Below, in pieces: positions 1 to 28,496 of a stretch of DNA of 64,000 nt. The DNA is from the human T2T-CHM13v2.0 reference genome, Homo sapiens. The notes under the pieces were generated by a model. That model worked only from the letters and a program-made list of their open reading frames with translations. It was not told the origin of the DNA and ran no database searches. The position numbers were made by a program, and so were the translations under genes. Within the stretch, counting starts at the first letter, position 1, and each line of letters opens with the position of its first letter. The DNA is taken from the NCBI RefSeq assembly GCF_009914755.1, contig NC_060930.1, one strand, 5' to 3'.

Positions 1-535
1 TCTCGTGCCTCCCCCGTCCTTCCTCCCTAGTGCCCAAAGTCCATTGTATCATTCTCATGAGTTTGAGTCCTCACAGCTTAGCTCCCACCTATCAGTGAGA
101 ACATACGATGTTTGGTTTTCCATTCCTGAGTAACTTCACTTAGAATAATAGTCTACAGTCTCATCCAGGTCACTGCAAATGCCATTAATTCATTCCTTTT
201 TATGGCTGAGTAGTATTCCATCGTATATATATGCCAGTTTCTTTATCCACCGTTGATTGATGGGCATTTGGGTTCCATGACTTTGCAATTGTGAATTGTG
301 CTGCTATAAACATGTGTGTGCAAGTGTCTTTTTTGTATAATGACTTCTTTTCCTCTGGGTAGATACTCAGTAGTGGGATTACTGGATCAAATGGTAGATC
401 TACTTTTAGTTCTTTAAGAAATCTCCACACTGTTTTCCATAGTGACTGTACTAGTTTACATTCCCACTAGCAGTGTAGAAGTGTTCCCTGATCACTGCAT
501 CTACGCCAACATCTACTGTTTTTTGATTTTTTGCT
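1..535 (-). mobile_element. L1 (L1PB-like) 3' fragment
   Basis: Minus ORF 200-430 reads as L1 ORF2 C-terminus ([24 protein letters not shown]...HMFIAAQFTIAKSWN). Confidence 0.85.
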
Positions 536-1674
536 TCAACCCTTCTTCGGATGCTGCCTGATTCCAAATCCATGTATAATCCCCTGAGAACTTCCCTGGT
601 AGAAACAAACCGGAGTTCGGCCACTGAGGGGTTGGCTCTGACATTGGATCAGCAATGGCTGTGAAAGGAAACAGCCCAGGAGAGAAGTGAATTGGGCTCC
701 GTGTGACTCCAATGGGCTGTCTGAGATAGTACTGTTCACTCCAGTCTTTGATTTCTTACATCAACATATCTTCCCTAATTATGAGACACCAGGTTAATTG
801 GCTCATCCATTCCATTGCCTCTACTGTAGGATGGCTCGTCAAGAAGTGGGAGGTGCGGTTGAAAGAGAAGGTATAGGTTGGATGATGTGGAGGATTTGGA
901 GTGCTTCCCCCTTCTTCCTCAGTATGCATCTGTTTCCTGCACCCCACTCTGGATTCGCTCCCTCGCCCGCTTCAGCACTTCCCTCGGCGTTCTTTTTCTT
1001 CTCTTTCCCCTTGCCTTCACCCTGAATGCTTCAACTGTTCTCTACCTACCCATGCCTTCCAGATCTGCCCGTCGCCTGTCCTAATCCTGAACTCCAGTCC
1101 TATCTGTCTGATTTTAAACAAGAGTCCCCTTACCTCAGAAGAAACTGTCATTCATGTAGTCATTCAACAAACATTTATAGAGCTCCTCCTCTGGGCCAGG
1201 CACTGCTGCGTGCTAGGCCATGGTGAGGAATGGAGTGGGAAATGCCATGGTCTTGACCCCCATGGAACACTTGGTCTACTGTAAAACATAGACTTAAATA
1301 ATATTTCCTAACAAAAGGGAGCAAGTGTGCAAGGGCTGAAAGGCCCCTCCTCTTTTCCTACCACTAGATCTATAAAGTAACCAACAGTGTCTCCTGTAGC
1401 CCCATTACAGTGGATTAGCAAGGACCAACTCCTCCATCTGAATGCTGGGCGCCGTCTCAGGGGCTTTGCTCAGTGCATTTCTCCTTCCCCTCCCATCTCA
1501 CTTTACCTTTCTTGGGTCCTTTCCATCAGCATCCAAACAAGCTCAGTTCTGTATGCACAAGTATCATCCAAGGAGACGATTAAAAACTTGGGTTTCCAGG
1601 CCCTGACACCCCACCAAGCAAGATCTTGATTCAGTAAGCTTGGTGGGATGGCGTGGGTTCTTCAGACAGTGTGA

Positions 1675-2490
<816 letters not shown>

Positions 2491-2629
2491 TAGTTCTGAA
2501 AAAGAAATACTTGTAGTCCTACAAGGCTTCTCATAAAACTTCAGGCCCTGATTCCCTTGCCCCAATTGCTTCTTATTCTGAGTCCTGCTTCCCAGGGTTC
2601 CTGTTGGCATTTACGTTCATACTGCATTT

Positions 2630-2790
2630 ATCTATTTATTTAGAGACAAGATCTCACTCTGTCACCCAGGCGGGAATGCAGAGACACCATCATAGCTCAC
2701 TGCAGCCTGGTACTCCCGGGCTCAAGGGATCCTCTCACCTCAGCTTTCCAAAGCACTGGGATTACAGGCGTGAGCCATTGCACCCGGCCA
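2630..2790 (-). mobile_element. Alu monomer/partial (FLAM/AluJ-like)
   Basis: Partial Alu consensus. Confidence 0.75.
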
Positions 2791-3001
2791 TAAATTCTCT
2801 TACTACCATTACTTCTTTGTTGGTTGAGGTTTTTTGGTTTTTTTTTCCTGCTTTGGGCATGATTTATTGTCTTCCTTCTAATGAAAAGAAAGATTTAGGT
2901 TAGACCACTCCCCCTACACACTTACTGTCTCACATTCCTGCTCACAATTCTCCCCAAATGACTGTATCAAATTTTTGGTGTTAAACTAGCATTTAGTGTT
3001 T

Positions 3002-3139
3002 ACATTATGATAACTATAAATTTTACCTCTAGTAACATTTATAACTGGGTCATATAATTGCATTGTGATGACATTATAATAAGTATAAATGACCTCTAGT
3101 AACATTTATAACTGGGTCATATAATTGCATTGTGATGAC
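3002..3139. repeat. Tandem duplication, 2 x ~68 bp
   Basis: acctctagtaacatttataactgggtcatataattgcattgtgatgac occurs twice. Confidence 0.9.
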
Positions 3140-5545
3140 CATCCGTTCTTGTAATTTTTGTTTTTCTAGATATTAATAATAGCCTCATTTTTAAAATGTC
3201 CATAGTTTTCTTCATATATGTAATTAATTCATCCCAAAACCTCCACCAGAAGTATCCCTGTCTTTTCGATACACATGAGGCAATCTATCAGTTTCACTTT
3301 TTTCCCTTGAGCAATCCCATTTAGAAGCCTCTGTCCAACCAGTACTGGTTGCTTGCTAGGTCTCTTGTCCTGCAATCTGTATTCAGCAACATTCTGGAAA
3401 TTCCCTTTTTTCCCTTGTAAATTCTTATCTTTTTTCTGGCTTTATTTTTCCATCTTGGAGCATCACTTTCTCTAGAAGCTTCCTGAGAGAGAGAGTTTAT
3501 GGTGGGAAATTATTTTAAAACCTTATGCACTGTTAGGGTAATGCTAAGCTGCTGTAACAAGGAGATCCCGAAAGTGGCTTTGAAAAACAAGTTTATTTTT
3601 CTCCCTTGTACCAGTCCTAAGGTAAGTATTATAGGATGGTGGGAGCTCTGCTCCATGCAGTCATTCAGGGATCCTGGGTGAATATGGTTCTTCCATCTTC
3701 AACATATGGTTTCCAGTGTCATCATCATTTCAGCCCAAGGAGAGGGAAGAAAAACAGTATTTTGTATTATTTTATGATACAGTCAGTCAAAGTGCAGCCA
3801 CAAGAGGAGAGGCTTACAGGCCCTAGAGACAGGAGGCATGGCACTGCCATGCGGGACCACCTGAGAAAGACACTAAGGTAGTCAGGAGGCAGAAGACAGG
3901 AGTGAAGGAAAGATTTATGTCTTTCCTTTTATTGGGTTTCTGTGGGAAAGGCAAGGAAAGGCAGGGTGAACAGTTTAGGATTGGCTGGTTTGAATAATTC
4001 CTGTGTTCTTTGAGCTATATGGCTGATTACCACCTAGTTGCCTAGTACTTGACTTTGGAATGACTAAGGCAGATAAATATTGTTTCCTGGAGTATATGGG
4101 CCAGATAGAGGAGCTATGGCTCTGGAATGGTTAGTCTGCATATCAGCTCATGCTCCTGGCTGGGCCCTTTGCTACTTTTAAGAATTGGCTAGCCCTGGAA
4201 GGTCCTGTCTCTCCCTAGCTAGAAAAGTTTGTTAAGATGTCAAAACATGATAATATACAGAAATTAAAAATATATATACAAGCAGAAATCAAGGAATAGG
4301 TATTTACTCTTAAAGAAATGAAGTGGAAATTAATATGTATTCCTTCCCTTCAGGGGCCTCTGACTAGGGCTTAGACATGTAGCCCTACCTAGCTACAAGA
4401 GAGGTTGACAAATATAACTTAGCCATGTGCCCAGGAAGAAGAGAAAAATGGGCCCAGCTGTCCATAGACCTTATACGTCTGAAAATGTCTTATTCCACCC
4501 TCACATTTGACTCATAGTTTAGCTGGTTATAGAATTCTAGGATGGATATGATTTTTCTCAGGATTTTAAAGGCGTTGATCCACTATTCCTAGATTCTAGA
4601 TTGTGAAGTCTGATATTTAGATTACTGACCTCTTGTAAAAGACCCATTCTTTTTCTTCTGGAGGATTTCAGATTTTTAAAACTACTGTTCTAAAATCTCA
4701 TGATATGGTGTCATAGTATGGATTCTTTCATTGTGTTAGGAATTTGCACAGTAGAAAGTTGTATCAGTCAGTTCTGGGAAATTTTATTGCATTTTTTTTC
4801 TTTGATAATTGCCTCTCGTCCATTTTCTCTGTTCCGTCTTTCTGAAAAAATCTTATAATTTGGATGTTTGACCTCCTGGGCTGACACTCTAATTTTCTTA
4901 TATTTCTTCTTCTGTCTTCCAACTCTGTCGTTTTATTTTTCTTCTGGGGAGATTTCCTCAGCTTCTAAAGTCTTCAAATCCTTCTAGTGAATTTTGAGGT
5001 TTTTTTTTTTCAAAGAGATCTTTTTTTTCTCTACAACCATTTTTAAGATGGCATCTCTTACTTTTTTTTTTTGTGGGTGCTATACTTTCTCTTATATTGC
5101 TGAGGACATTTGAAGTTGGTTTTGCTGTTTGCATTGTCTCAGTTCTCTCTGGCTTTGCTTCATAGGGATATTTGTTTTGGTCTCTATATTTCAAGCTAGA
5201 GATTTTTCTCAAATATCTGGTAATCCCAGAATGTCCTTTGCATTTGAGTGAGGCACTAATATGATGCCTGGAAGCTTTGTGAGCAGGGGTAGGGCCTGTC
5301 AACTGGTGGACTTAGCTTTAGGGTAATTTAGCAGAGACGTGGCAGTTTAGATTGGGAAGATCCTCAAAATGTCAGTATCTAGTGTTGGCTAATTTCTTTC
5401 CACAAGAAGAATTCTCCAGATCCTGTCTAGAGCATACTAGCATAGCTGCTGAAGTGCTGGAAGCTGAGCAAGGGAATAGGTAATGTGGGTTTTACATTTC
5501 AGGGTGTAAGCATTTCCTTAATTGCATAGTTTCAGTAAAACCTTT

Positions 5546-7070
5546 TGAGAGGGGACAGGGTGCTGGCAGCCCTCGCTCAGTCTCGGAGCCTCCTCGGCCT
5601 CGCCACCCATTCTGGCTGTGCTTGAGGGGCCCTTCAGCCCCCCGCTGCACTGTGGGAGACCCTCTCTGGGCTGGCCGAGGCCGGAGCCAGCTCCCTCAGC
5701 TTTCAGGGAGGTGTGGAGGGAGAGGCACGGGCGGGAACCCGGGCTGCCTGCGGCACTTGCGGGCCAGCACTAGTTCCAGGTGGGCGTGGCCTCGGGGGGC
5801 CCCACACTCTGAGCCTCGGGCTGGCGTGGCCAGCACAGCTGGCCCCAGGCAGTGAGGAACTTAGCAGCCGGGCCAGCAGCTGCGGAGGGTGCGCCAGGTT
5901 CCCCAGCAGTGCCGGCGGGTGCTGCGCTCCAATTCTCGCCGGACCTCAGCTGCCTCCCTGAGGGGCACGGCTCGGGACCTGCAGCCCGCCATGCCTGAGC
6001 CTCCCCCACGCCGCCATGGGCTCCTGCGCAGCCAGAACCTCCCAGACGAGCGCTGCCCCTTGCTTTGCGGCACCCGGTCCCATAGACTGCCCAAGGGCTG
6101 AGGAGTGCTGGCGCACGGCGTGGGACTGACGGGCAGCTCCATCTGCGGCCCGGGTGCGGGATCTACTAGGTGAGGCCAGCTGGGCTCCTGAGTGTAGTGG
6201 GGACTTGGAGAACCTTTATGTCTAGCTAAGGGATTGTAAATACACCAATCAGCACTCTGTGTCTAGCTCAAGGTTTGCAAATGCACCAATCAGCACCCTG
6301 TGTCTAGCTAATCTGGTGGGGACTCGGAGAATCTTTATGTCTAGCTAAGGGATTGTAAATACACCAATCAGCACTCTGTGTCTAGCTCAAGGTTTGTAAA
6401 CACACCAGTCAGCACCCTGTGTCTAGCTAATCTGGTGGGGACTTCGAGAATCTTTATGTCTAGCTAAGGGACTGTAAATACACCAATCAGCACCCTGTGT
6501 CTCGCTCAAGGTTTGTAAACATACCAATCAGCACCCTGTGTATAGCTCAAGGTTTGTAAATGCACCAATCAGTGCTCTGTGGGGACTTGGAGAACTTTTG
6601 TGTCTAGCTCAGGGATTGTAAACACACCAATCAGCACCTTGTCAAAACAGACCAATCAGCTCTCTGTAAAACAGACCAATCGGCGCTCTGTAAAATGGAC
6701 CAATCAGTAGGATGTGGGTGCCACCAGATAAGGGAATAAAAGCAGGCTGCCCTGAGTTAGCAGTGGCAATCCGCTTGGGTACCCTTCCATAGTGTGGAAA
6801 CTTTGTTCTTTCACTCTTTGTGATAAATATTGCTGCTGCTCACTCTGAGTCCACACTGCGTTTATGAGTTGTAACACTCACTGCGAAAATCTGCAGTTTC
6901 ACTCCTGAGGCCAGTGAGATCACGAACCCACCAGAAGAAACGCCGAACACATCTGAACATCAGAAGGAACAAACTCAGGACACACCACTTGTAAGAACTG
7001 TGACACTCACGGCGAGAGTCCACGGCTTCATTGTTCAAGTCAGACCAAGAACCCACCAATTCTGGATACA
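5546..7070 (+). mobile_element. LTR12-family (ERV9) solo LTR
   Basis: TG...CA termini, 4-bp TSD CTTT (5542-5545/7071-7074), GC-rich U3, tandem caccaatcagcac (CCAAT) repeats. Confidence 0.93.
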
Positions 7071-7589
7071 CTTTCACTCCTGCCTTCAGCAGTGCCTGGG
7101 ATTACTGGTCTAGAGTTTCTTTGGTTTCAGTATCTCCAGAGATAAAACCCTAAGCTGTTAAAAGGGAGAGAGGTGTATTCATCCAAGTCCTTGAGTGGAA
7201 GGAGTGATCTGGAGCTGAGAGACAGTTCCTAGCTACATTGTATTTCAACTATCCTTCCTGTATTTAGTCACATGCCACACCCAAATCTTTAGAGGAACCC
7301 AGTTGCAATTCCCGAATCTTTCCAGGATTCCACAGAATTAATAATCTACCAGTAGTTGACTTACTCTCACCCCCAATGGAGGCCTGTATGTTGAAGCTTT
7401 CTCTGTTGTGTTGGAGAGTTACCACTCATCTGCCTATTACCTTCAAAAAAACAAAAATTAAATATCTCCTCTGCTGTTATCTCTCCATCGTTTGTCCTTG
7501 TGGAGGTATGTGTTTTGTTATTTCTCTACTTTTTATTCTTCTATGAAATCCGTAAGCCTCCATATATACTTATTCTTTTATTCATTCCA

Positions 7590-8380
7590 ATTGGGGTCTA
7601 CCCCATCATGCAAATCTGTTTTCAATAAACTAAACTCACTTCCATATTGTCTCTGAATCCAATGGACATGGCCCAGGCCATATCTTACTTGATCTCTCTG
7701 CAAAAATCAATTCAGCTAACTGCCATATTTTTCTAGAGCCTCTCTATTCTCTTGACTTCCTTGATTCACTTTTTAGAGTTTTCTTTCTGCCTTAGTGGAT
7801 GCTCCTTCTCAGTCTCATTAATTTGCGTCTCCTCCTCTATCTGAGTGATGCAGTGGCCAGAGCTTGGTCCAGCGCCCTATTCTCCAACTATACTCTCCCA
7901 GACAAGTGATCTCAGTCAGCTTCATGGCTTTAAATACAATGTATATTTAAATGACTTCCAGTTTCACGTCTTTTGATCTGATTTCTCCTCTGAGAACTAA
8001 GTGCAGGTTTCCAACTGCCAACAGTCTCCTGGATATCTAATGGGCACAAAAAGTTCAAAGTCTAATATTTCCAACTTCCACTTCATCCCTATTCATTCAG
8101 ATAAATAGAACTAATTTCCAACTCTGCGTAAGCCCCAAAGCTAGAAGTTGTTCTTGACTTCTTTTCTTGTCATCCACCACATGCAGCCTTTCAACACTTC
8201 CTATTGGTTCTACTTTTCTAATTTCAAAACATAGCTTGTATTCATCCACTGAAATGTATCTCCCCTGCTACCATCCTAGTTCAAGCAATAATTACTGCTC
8301 TTAATTTTTTCACTCTTGCCCTCCTACATGCCAGTTTTCACACAGCATCTTTTAAAAACATAAATCAGTTTTGTTTTCTA
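7590..8380 (+). mobile_element. L2 fragment
   Basis: Degenerate L2 motifs (catggctttaaatac, ccaactgcc..cctggatatcta). Confidence 0.6.
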
Positions 8381-8505
8381 CTTTCTCTTCCCTTCCTGAA
8401 TGATTAAGCCCCAGATCATTAGGTGAGGCAGAGCAAAGCAGATATCAGGGTTGGACAGGAGGGGAGACAGCAGTGGCCCAGAGAAGGATATAAGAAACTG
8501 AACTG

Positions 8506-8780
<275 letters not shown>

Positions 8781-8929
8781 CTAAATTGGATGAAGTGGAC
8801 TTCTCCACAGAGTGGCAGCCTGGCATGTTTTGTCAGAATCTTGTGAGGGTGAGAGGGAGTATGGGGTGGAGGGAGTATGGGCTGAAAATGAATGAATAGA
8901 ATACCAGTGATTTTGTGAGACAATGTTTT

Positions 8930-13440
<4,511 letters not shown>

Positions 13441-13840
13441 ACAAAGAGAAATTAACCAGAGTATGTTATTCCAGTGGGTCTTCATTGTATTTGAGATGAA
13501 ATTTAACCTTTCTACCATGGTATTTTGCTAAACTCTGAGTATACCCCTGTCAGCAAAAGAAATGTGGGCTTATGTTCTTGTAAAGAAGAGTTTAGAATAT
13601 AAAGAATGTAAATACACCTTTGGGTTATGTGTTGTTAAAAAGGCAGGGGTCCTGCTTCAGAGATTATGGTTAGAAAAGGTCTCTCTACCGCCTCGTTTTC
13701 TCCTTCAGTAACTACATTCCAGCCACCCTGGTCTCCTATTTATTCATGAATCACATCGAGCTCATTAACAACTCAGGGTATTTGTACTTATGCTATCAAT
13801 CTGTGATGTCCTTCTCCTGGCCTTTCAAATTGCTGCCTTC

Positions 13841-14120
13841 TTTTTTTTTTTTTTTTTTTTAAGATGGAGTTTTGCCCTTGTTGGCCAGGCTGGAGTGCAG
13901 TGGTGCAATCTTGGCTCACTGCAACCTCCTCCTTCCCGTTCAAGTGATTCTCCTGCCTCAGCCTCCTGAATAGCTGGGATTATAGGCATGCGCCACCATG
14001 CCTGGCTAATTTTGTATTTTTAGTAGAGATGGGGTTTCTCCATATTGGTCAGGCTGGTCTTGAACTCCCGGCCTCAGGTGATCCGCCTGGGATTACAGGC
14101 TTGAGCCACTGCGCCCAGCC
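13841..14120 (-). mobile_element. AluS
   Basis: Alu consensus with poly-T. Confidence 0.9.
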
Positions 14121-14419
14121 CAAATGGCTGCCTTCTTATCCTTCAGATCTCAGTTCATATGTCAGTTCCTCAGAGAGACCTTTTCTGACTCCAGTATCTA
14201 AAGCAGCACCACTGCTTTCTTTAACAGCACTTAAGCCAATGTGTATTTATATTTTATGTTGTAGCTCTCTTCTTTACTAAATTATAAGCCCATATCCCTT
14301 TTGCTGACAGGAGTATGCCCAGAGTTTAGTAAAATACCAGGTACATGTTAAGCCCTCAATAACTGAATAAATAAATGAATAAGAAGTACTGAGTATATGT
14401 GAAAGTAACACTATACTAA

Positions 14420-19591
<5,172 letters not shown>

Positions 19592-19804
19592 TTAAGTGCC
19601 CACCACTTCCATTGCAATCAGAACCACAATATAGTAAACCACAAGTGCATCATATCTGTCACATCTTCCTCCAGCAAGCCCGCCTCAACTCTACTGGCCC
19701 ATCACAGTTTTGTGAAATGCTCCCACTTCGGTGCCAAGTAGATTATCTCTATTCAACCAACCATCTGTGACACTGCCACCTCCTATCAATGTATTGACTC
19801 TAGA

Positions 19805-20016
19805 CCAGAGGCTGGCAGACCACATTTCATGGGTCAAGTCTCACCTGTTACCTGGTTTTGTAAAGTTTTACTGGAACATAGTCATGCCCATTCATTTATG
19901 GTTTGTCTCCAGCTGCTTTTCTGCTTTTCCGTGTATTTGCAACAGAGACAGCCTGGCCCAAAAGCCTAAATTATTTGCTGTTTGGACCTTTACAGAAAAA
20001 ATTTGGCAACCTTTGC
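19805..20016 (+). mobile_element. MER58-like hAT DNA transposon
   Basis: aaagttttactggaacatagtcatgcccattcattta...ttggacctttacagaaaaaatttggcaacc resembles MER58A. Confidence 0.65.
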
Positions 20017-20504
20017 TCCAGTCTGAGACCAAACAATTTTGTTCATTCTCTGGCACTTGCCATCAGCAAGCCGGTTACATCTGATTCTATCCTCTTGGTT
20101 CTAAGCATACTCACTTCTATTCTCATGACTGGTGCTGTTTGTGATCCCATTTTAACCACTTCTGACCTAGGCACACCCATCGCTACCTAAGCCGCCACCA
20201 CCGCCTCTGCTGTGTTGATTCGTGCTCACACCTGTCTGAGCCCACCCTCTCCTATCCCTGTGAGCAGCCTTCTCCACTTGGGTCAGGTCCTCCTACATCT
20301 GCCCAAGCACACTCACCTCACCTTTGCTGATCACCACAGTGTGGTAGATGATGTCACCTCTGTCCCAGCCACGGCCACTGGCATGCCCATGAGTGAATCC
20401 AATTCTACCATCTCCTCCTCCAGCTCCCTCCTTACACCCAGTGATCACAGTCACAAAAGAAGCAGGGCCTGCCGCTTTGTATACCAGCCCACCCACTTAT
20501 TTGA

Positions 20505-20863
20505 TCTGCTTTGATTTATTTATTTTCAATTTTTTCCATAAGTTATTGGGATGCAGGTGGTATTTGGTTATATGAATAAGTTCTTTAGTGGTGATTTGTG
20601 AGATTTTGGTGCACCCATCACCCTAGTAGTATACACTGCACCATATTTGAAGTCTTTTATCCCTCGCCCCCTCCCACTCTTCCCCCAAAGTCCCCAAAGT
20701 CCATTGCATCATTCTTATGTCTTCGTATTTCCATAGCTTAGCTCCCACATATCAGTGAGAACATACGATGTTCGGTTTTCCATTCCTGAGTTACTTCACT
20801 TAGAAGAATAGTCTAAAATCTCATCCAGGTCACTGCAAATGCTGTTAATTCATTCATTTTTAT
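20505..20863 (-). mobile_element. L1 (L1PB-like) 3' end
   Basis: L1 3' UTR motifs; flanking imperfect direct repeat cagcccaccc(a/t)ctt. Confidence 0.8.
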
Positions 20864-21011
20864 CAGCCCACCCTCTTCTATTTGGGTGGCCACTTCTGAA
20901 GTCAAATAGATCTTCCACTTCTGAACCCATCGCGATAACGTTTCCTCAAACTTCTGCCTCCTCCATCACCAACTCCACCAGGTGACACATTCTACCTCCT
21001 TCTCTGTATGA

Positions 21012-22409
<1,398 letters not shown>

Positions 22410-22622
22410 TCATGTATGACAAATTTCTGGTCCTCACAGCAATTCCTTGTGTGGCCTGTGACTGTTACTCTCTGACCTCCCACTCCATCTCTGCTCTCTG
22501 GTCTTGATTGTTCTTTGAATACATATTTTTCTTACATCGATTTCACATTTATTGATGTTCTTCCTGTTTTCTTGTGATCCTGCGGGTAAGTTACCATTTG
22601 AGGAGTGAAGCAGAGTATAAAT

Positions 22623-22821
22623 CAGTGGTGTGCTGGAGCTGGCTCATCCTGGCCCACAAGAGATTGTGCAGTTCTTCCCAATTCTGAGCTGAGTGATGTG
22701 ACACTGGTAGCTTAAAATATGCTGGGTTGGAAATACTTACACCACAGCAATTGTCAAACACTACAAATCAGCACTTTTCCCTCGGAGAGCCTGTTATTAA
22801 GTGTTGGACAGCATACCACTG
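22623..22821. mobile_element. hAT MITE (MER63-like)
   Basis: TIRs cagtggtgtgctg / cagcataccactg; 8-bp TSD gtataaat/gtaaaaat. Confidence 0.75.
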
Positions 22822-23677
22822 GTAAAAATGGACAAAATGAAAAATACGGAAGTCACAAAAGATTTGGATAATATAGTCAATTTGCTGAGGTTCTTTGTTT
22901 TAGAATTCTCAGCCTCTCTCCGTATGTGGACTACATAATAAATACCAGCATCTAAGAATTACTCCCTAAATTACTTTATTATTTCATTTGCAAGATCAAG
23001 AGAGAATAACGAAAGTGAACATTGAGTTTTTACTGCCTGCTAGGCTCAAGGCTGAATGTTTAAAATGCATAATGTTATTTAATCTGGCCTACAATCCCGT
23101 GGCCATATTATATTCATCTTACAAGTAAGGGATCTGGAGCTTCATGATCTTAGCTATTTGCCCCAGCACATGTAGTGAGTGGCAGATATAAGACTCTAAC
23201 TCAGGTTAGTTGGATTCTGGAGTTCATGCCTATAATCTCAAGGCTCTGTGTAGACAGCTTTCTAGAGCTCTCAATTCCACGTACCTGTTCTGAGCTTTCT
23301 TAGCTGACTAACAAAGAGAAAGACTGTCTGTAAAGTGAGTCTCTGTGCCTTTCACATAGGGGTATGGATTTACCTTTGTCTTGGAAGTCCAAAAACACAT
23401 AACCTTATGATCTGCAGAGCTAGGGCCTGAGTACGCACATAAAGATGATATGTTAATAAGGTAACAAGGAAGCTTATTTTGTCAGACGGAGAAAGAGTAA
23501 AAGAACAAGGAAAAAGAGAGACAGAGACAGAGATCATAGTAAGGATGGTGGTAAAGAGAAGAGAACATGGGAAGTTTGGAAAAGTGAAAATCTGACATTG
23601 GTGAAACAGGCATGTATGGTGATTAGGGAGAGGAGACTTAATTTTCATTTATCAATGTATTTATTTTTTTCTTTTAG

Positions 23678-23944
<267 letters not shown>

Positions 23945-24369
23945 GGACACCATGGAGTGGATCACAGAGGGAGCCACCAAGGAGGCCACGGCAGGACAAG
24001 ATGGCTGTGGCCATAGATTGGGTATCAAAACATATTATGGGTGGGAGGGGGTCATGGAGGAGAAAAAAATAATGATCATGAAATAATTAAAATGGAGCAT
24101 AGGAAGCTTCCCAGGATGTGATCCATGGAGATGGACATGGACTAGGTCAAGAAAAGAACCAGCAAAAGGACCTCAGAGACTTTGACTGGCTTGGAGGGGA
24201 CTTCAAGTCAAAGCTTCTGTGAGTTTTTCCTGAGTCTCAGCCTCTGTTGTGGGGAGTCACGACAACCACCCTCAGGACATCTTCTCTCCCATTTCCCGCC
24301 ACATCAGGGTCAACGTTTCTCATCCCTGTGTTTCCTCATGGTGCTATAAATATTACCAAGACATGTCTA

Positions 24370-25940
<1,571 letters not shown>

Positions 25941-25949
25941 AAAGATATT

Positions 25950-28420
25950 CTGAGGCTATTTTCTCAGCATATTATGATTTCCTTGGTCAGAGAATGTGGT
26001 TGGAGACACATGACGATAAATGAGGCATTTGGTAAGCCCAAAGACAGTGGTGCTGCAGGAAGCATTGTGTGCAAGGGAGGCAAGCAGCTATTTTCAATGA
26101 GGACAAATCACCTCTCTCTTTAGGTTGAAATAGGTCTGATATAATTAATCTGCCATTCTCTCTGGAGAATGGTGCCACATAACGGGGCCAACACTGATCT
26201 CTGCTGTTAGCAGTTGAGGCACTCAGCCATGGATTATCTGTCCAGCTTGGCCTTGGTGAGGGGAAGGCCAGCTCACTGAGCCTTGCATACGCTTCATCCC
26301 TGCCAGCCTGTCTGCTTTGTCCATGTCCCTGCTGAGCGAGCACTAGAGCAGCTGGAAAAAGAGATTGACTGACGTCTGCAGAATGGATCGCTTGGTCAAC
26401 CTCATCATGGAAGATTTCCTCTGTAGTGAACGCCCATTGGTGAACAGTCACATGGGATGCACATACTCTCACCATCTGTGCCCTTCCCAAGAGACTCGTC
26501 CACCTTCCTCTTTCCCAGACTTCCTTGTCATCAATTCACCATGTCTTTCCTCACCCTGAGTTATCTAGCCAAACTGTTAGCCACTGCCTATTGATCAGGG
26601 TTAACTGTAACTGGTCATCTCTTTGCCCAGGCAAAGTAAACAAAGCAGATGCATTCTTTACAATTCGGATCACTGGGAGAATTTTCCTTCCCCACTGTCC
26701 TGCAGGGCTGCCGTGAGTGGGGTGGTAATGCTGCAGCAGCCTGCTCTCTGTGGTGTTAGAATAGCATGCAGAACCACCCACACACCAGAGGAAACCAAAT
26801 CTTTCCTTTCTCAGTCAACTAGACATAGGAAACCCTTCATGTGACTGTGATTATGGAGAGAGAGGTTAGGAATGTAGCTGGAGATGCCACTGGAGTTACA
26901 GCTGCCTACTCATGCCTCTTACTTGTGCCTTGAGGAACTAACTCAGCCAAATTCACAGGCACCACTTCCATTCAAGGAGGTGAGCACTGCTAAGTATGCC
27001 CAGTCTAGTGTGGTGGTGCAGACAACACCCAGTTCATAAAGGGCAGCTCATGTTTCATGAACCCTCGCATGCTGAGGACCCAAGATTAAGTCAGATGCTA
27101 GGATGTGGAAGAGGGCTTGCTTTTGCTCCAAAACTCTGGGGACCTGTGCCGTGGCTCTTCTACTAGCTACCCAGTGTCTCCACACAGCTTTCTGATGTAC
27201 CACAGACATTTTAGGCAACATTGGATCTAGTCAGCAATGTCTCAAGCAGCCTTATGGCCTTGCTTTGGTTCCCACTTGAAAGTGGGGAAATATGCGCAGA
27301 CGGAGCCTAGAGATGAACTTCGAGTAAGATGTTATTTATGTTCTTTTTTTTTTGAGATGGAGTCTTGCTCTGTCGCCCAGGCTGGAATAGTGGCACGATC
27401 TTGGCTCACTGCAACCTCCGCCTCCCGCCTCCCGGGTTCAAGCGATTCTCCTGTCTCAACCTCTCGAGTAGGTGGGACTACAGGCGCCTGCCACCATGCC
27501 TGGCTAATTTTCGTATCTTTAGTAGAGCCAGGTTTTTACCTTGTTGGTCAGGCTGGTCTCAAACTTCTGACCTCAAGTAATCCACCTGCCTTGGCCCCAC
27601 AAAGTGCTAGGATTGCCGGCATGAACCACTGTGCCCGGCCACGTCATTTATGTTCTAAGCCCCATAAGCTCCACCCTGACTTGTAGATCGCAATGATGTC
27701 TTGTATGTTACCCTAAAGGTTTGGGTGTTTTCATTTCCCCATTGCACTGTCACGATGATAAATGGCTGAGATTCCTTTTGAAAGCTAGGAGGAAGATTCG
27801 CGGCACATCCTGGTGGTGGTGGTGGATCTTGCTGCCTTCCCTTCATTTCTAGGTCTGTGAACAGGTTCGGGCCTGGGAATTAGGTGAGAGTCTGTGGCAA
27901 CTCAAGTCAGCTCTCTGTTCAACCACCTGGATATTTTCACTTATATAGATCAAGTAAGATTTTAGTGGTTAATTGATTAATGATTAATTAGCCATAGCCA
28001 AAGAGCCCTGATTACAGCTCTGGTCGTGATGCCCACATCGATAATCATGCCTGTCTTGTCTCTGGAGGGAAAGCCCTACCACCCACCTACTGTTTCCTGA
28101 AGATTCCACCATGCCCACTGAAATCAGGAAGCTCATTTCAATGGTCAGATCATCCACCATTGCATTTAGCAAAGAGCTGCTACAGAGCTTTTCAACGATG
28201 CTGGTCCTCTCCCTTCTAATGCCTTGATGAAGACAGTTTCAATGGAACCTTCTGGGAGGACGTAATGAAAGAGTGAGTGAGCAAGTTGCACATATTAAAT
28301 CCATTCCAACATAACTCTCTTCCTAAGTCTTTTGATTTTTTTCTTCCGCTTATACTAATGAAATACTGGGATCTCAACTTTATTTAGTGTAGGCCACCAC
28401 TAAGTCCACATTTCAAGCAA
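25950..28420 (-). mobile_element. ERVL internal remnant (pol RNaseH/integrase region), interrupted by Alu 27345-27640
   Basis: Minus ORF 25987-26490 (SHVTVHQ...EE...VD...SQSLFPAALVLAQQGHGQSRQAGRDEAYA) resembles the ERVL RNaseH-integrase junction. Confidence 0.7.
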
Positions 28421-28496
28421 CCGAGAGAACTATTAGTGCAACTCACACCTACTTGAGCTAATGTTTTGAATCTAGAACATGTGATAAGTTCACCCA

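Noticed and set aside
20690-20863. Similarity to positions 30-205 as a local segmental duplication
   Set aside because: Both are 3' ends of the same L1 subfamily; the flanks are unrelated.
25987-26490. 167-aa minus ORF as a domesticated retroviral gene
   Set aside because: Degenerate ERVL pol fragment with eroded zinc-finger residues and frameshifted flanks.
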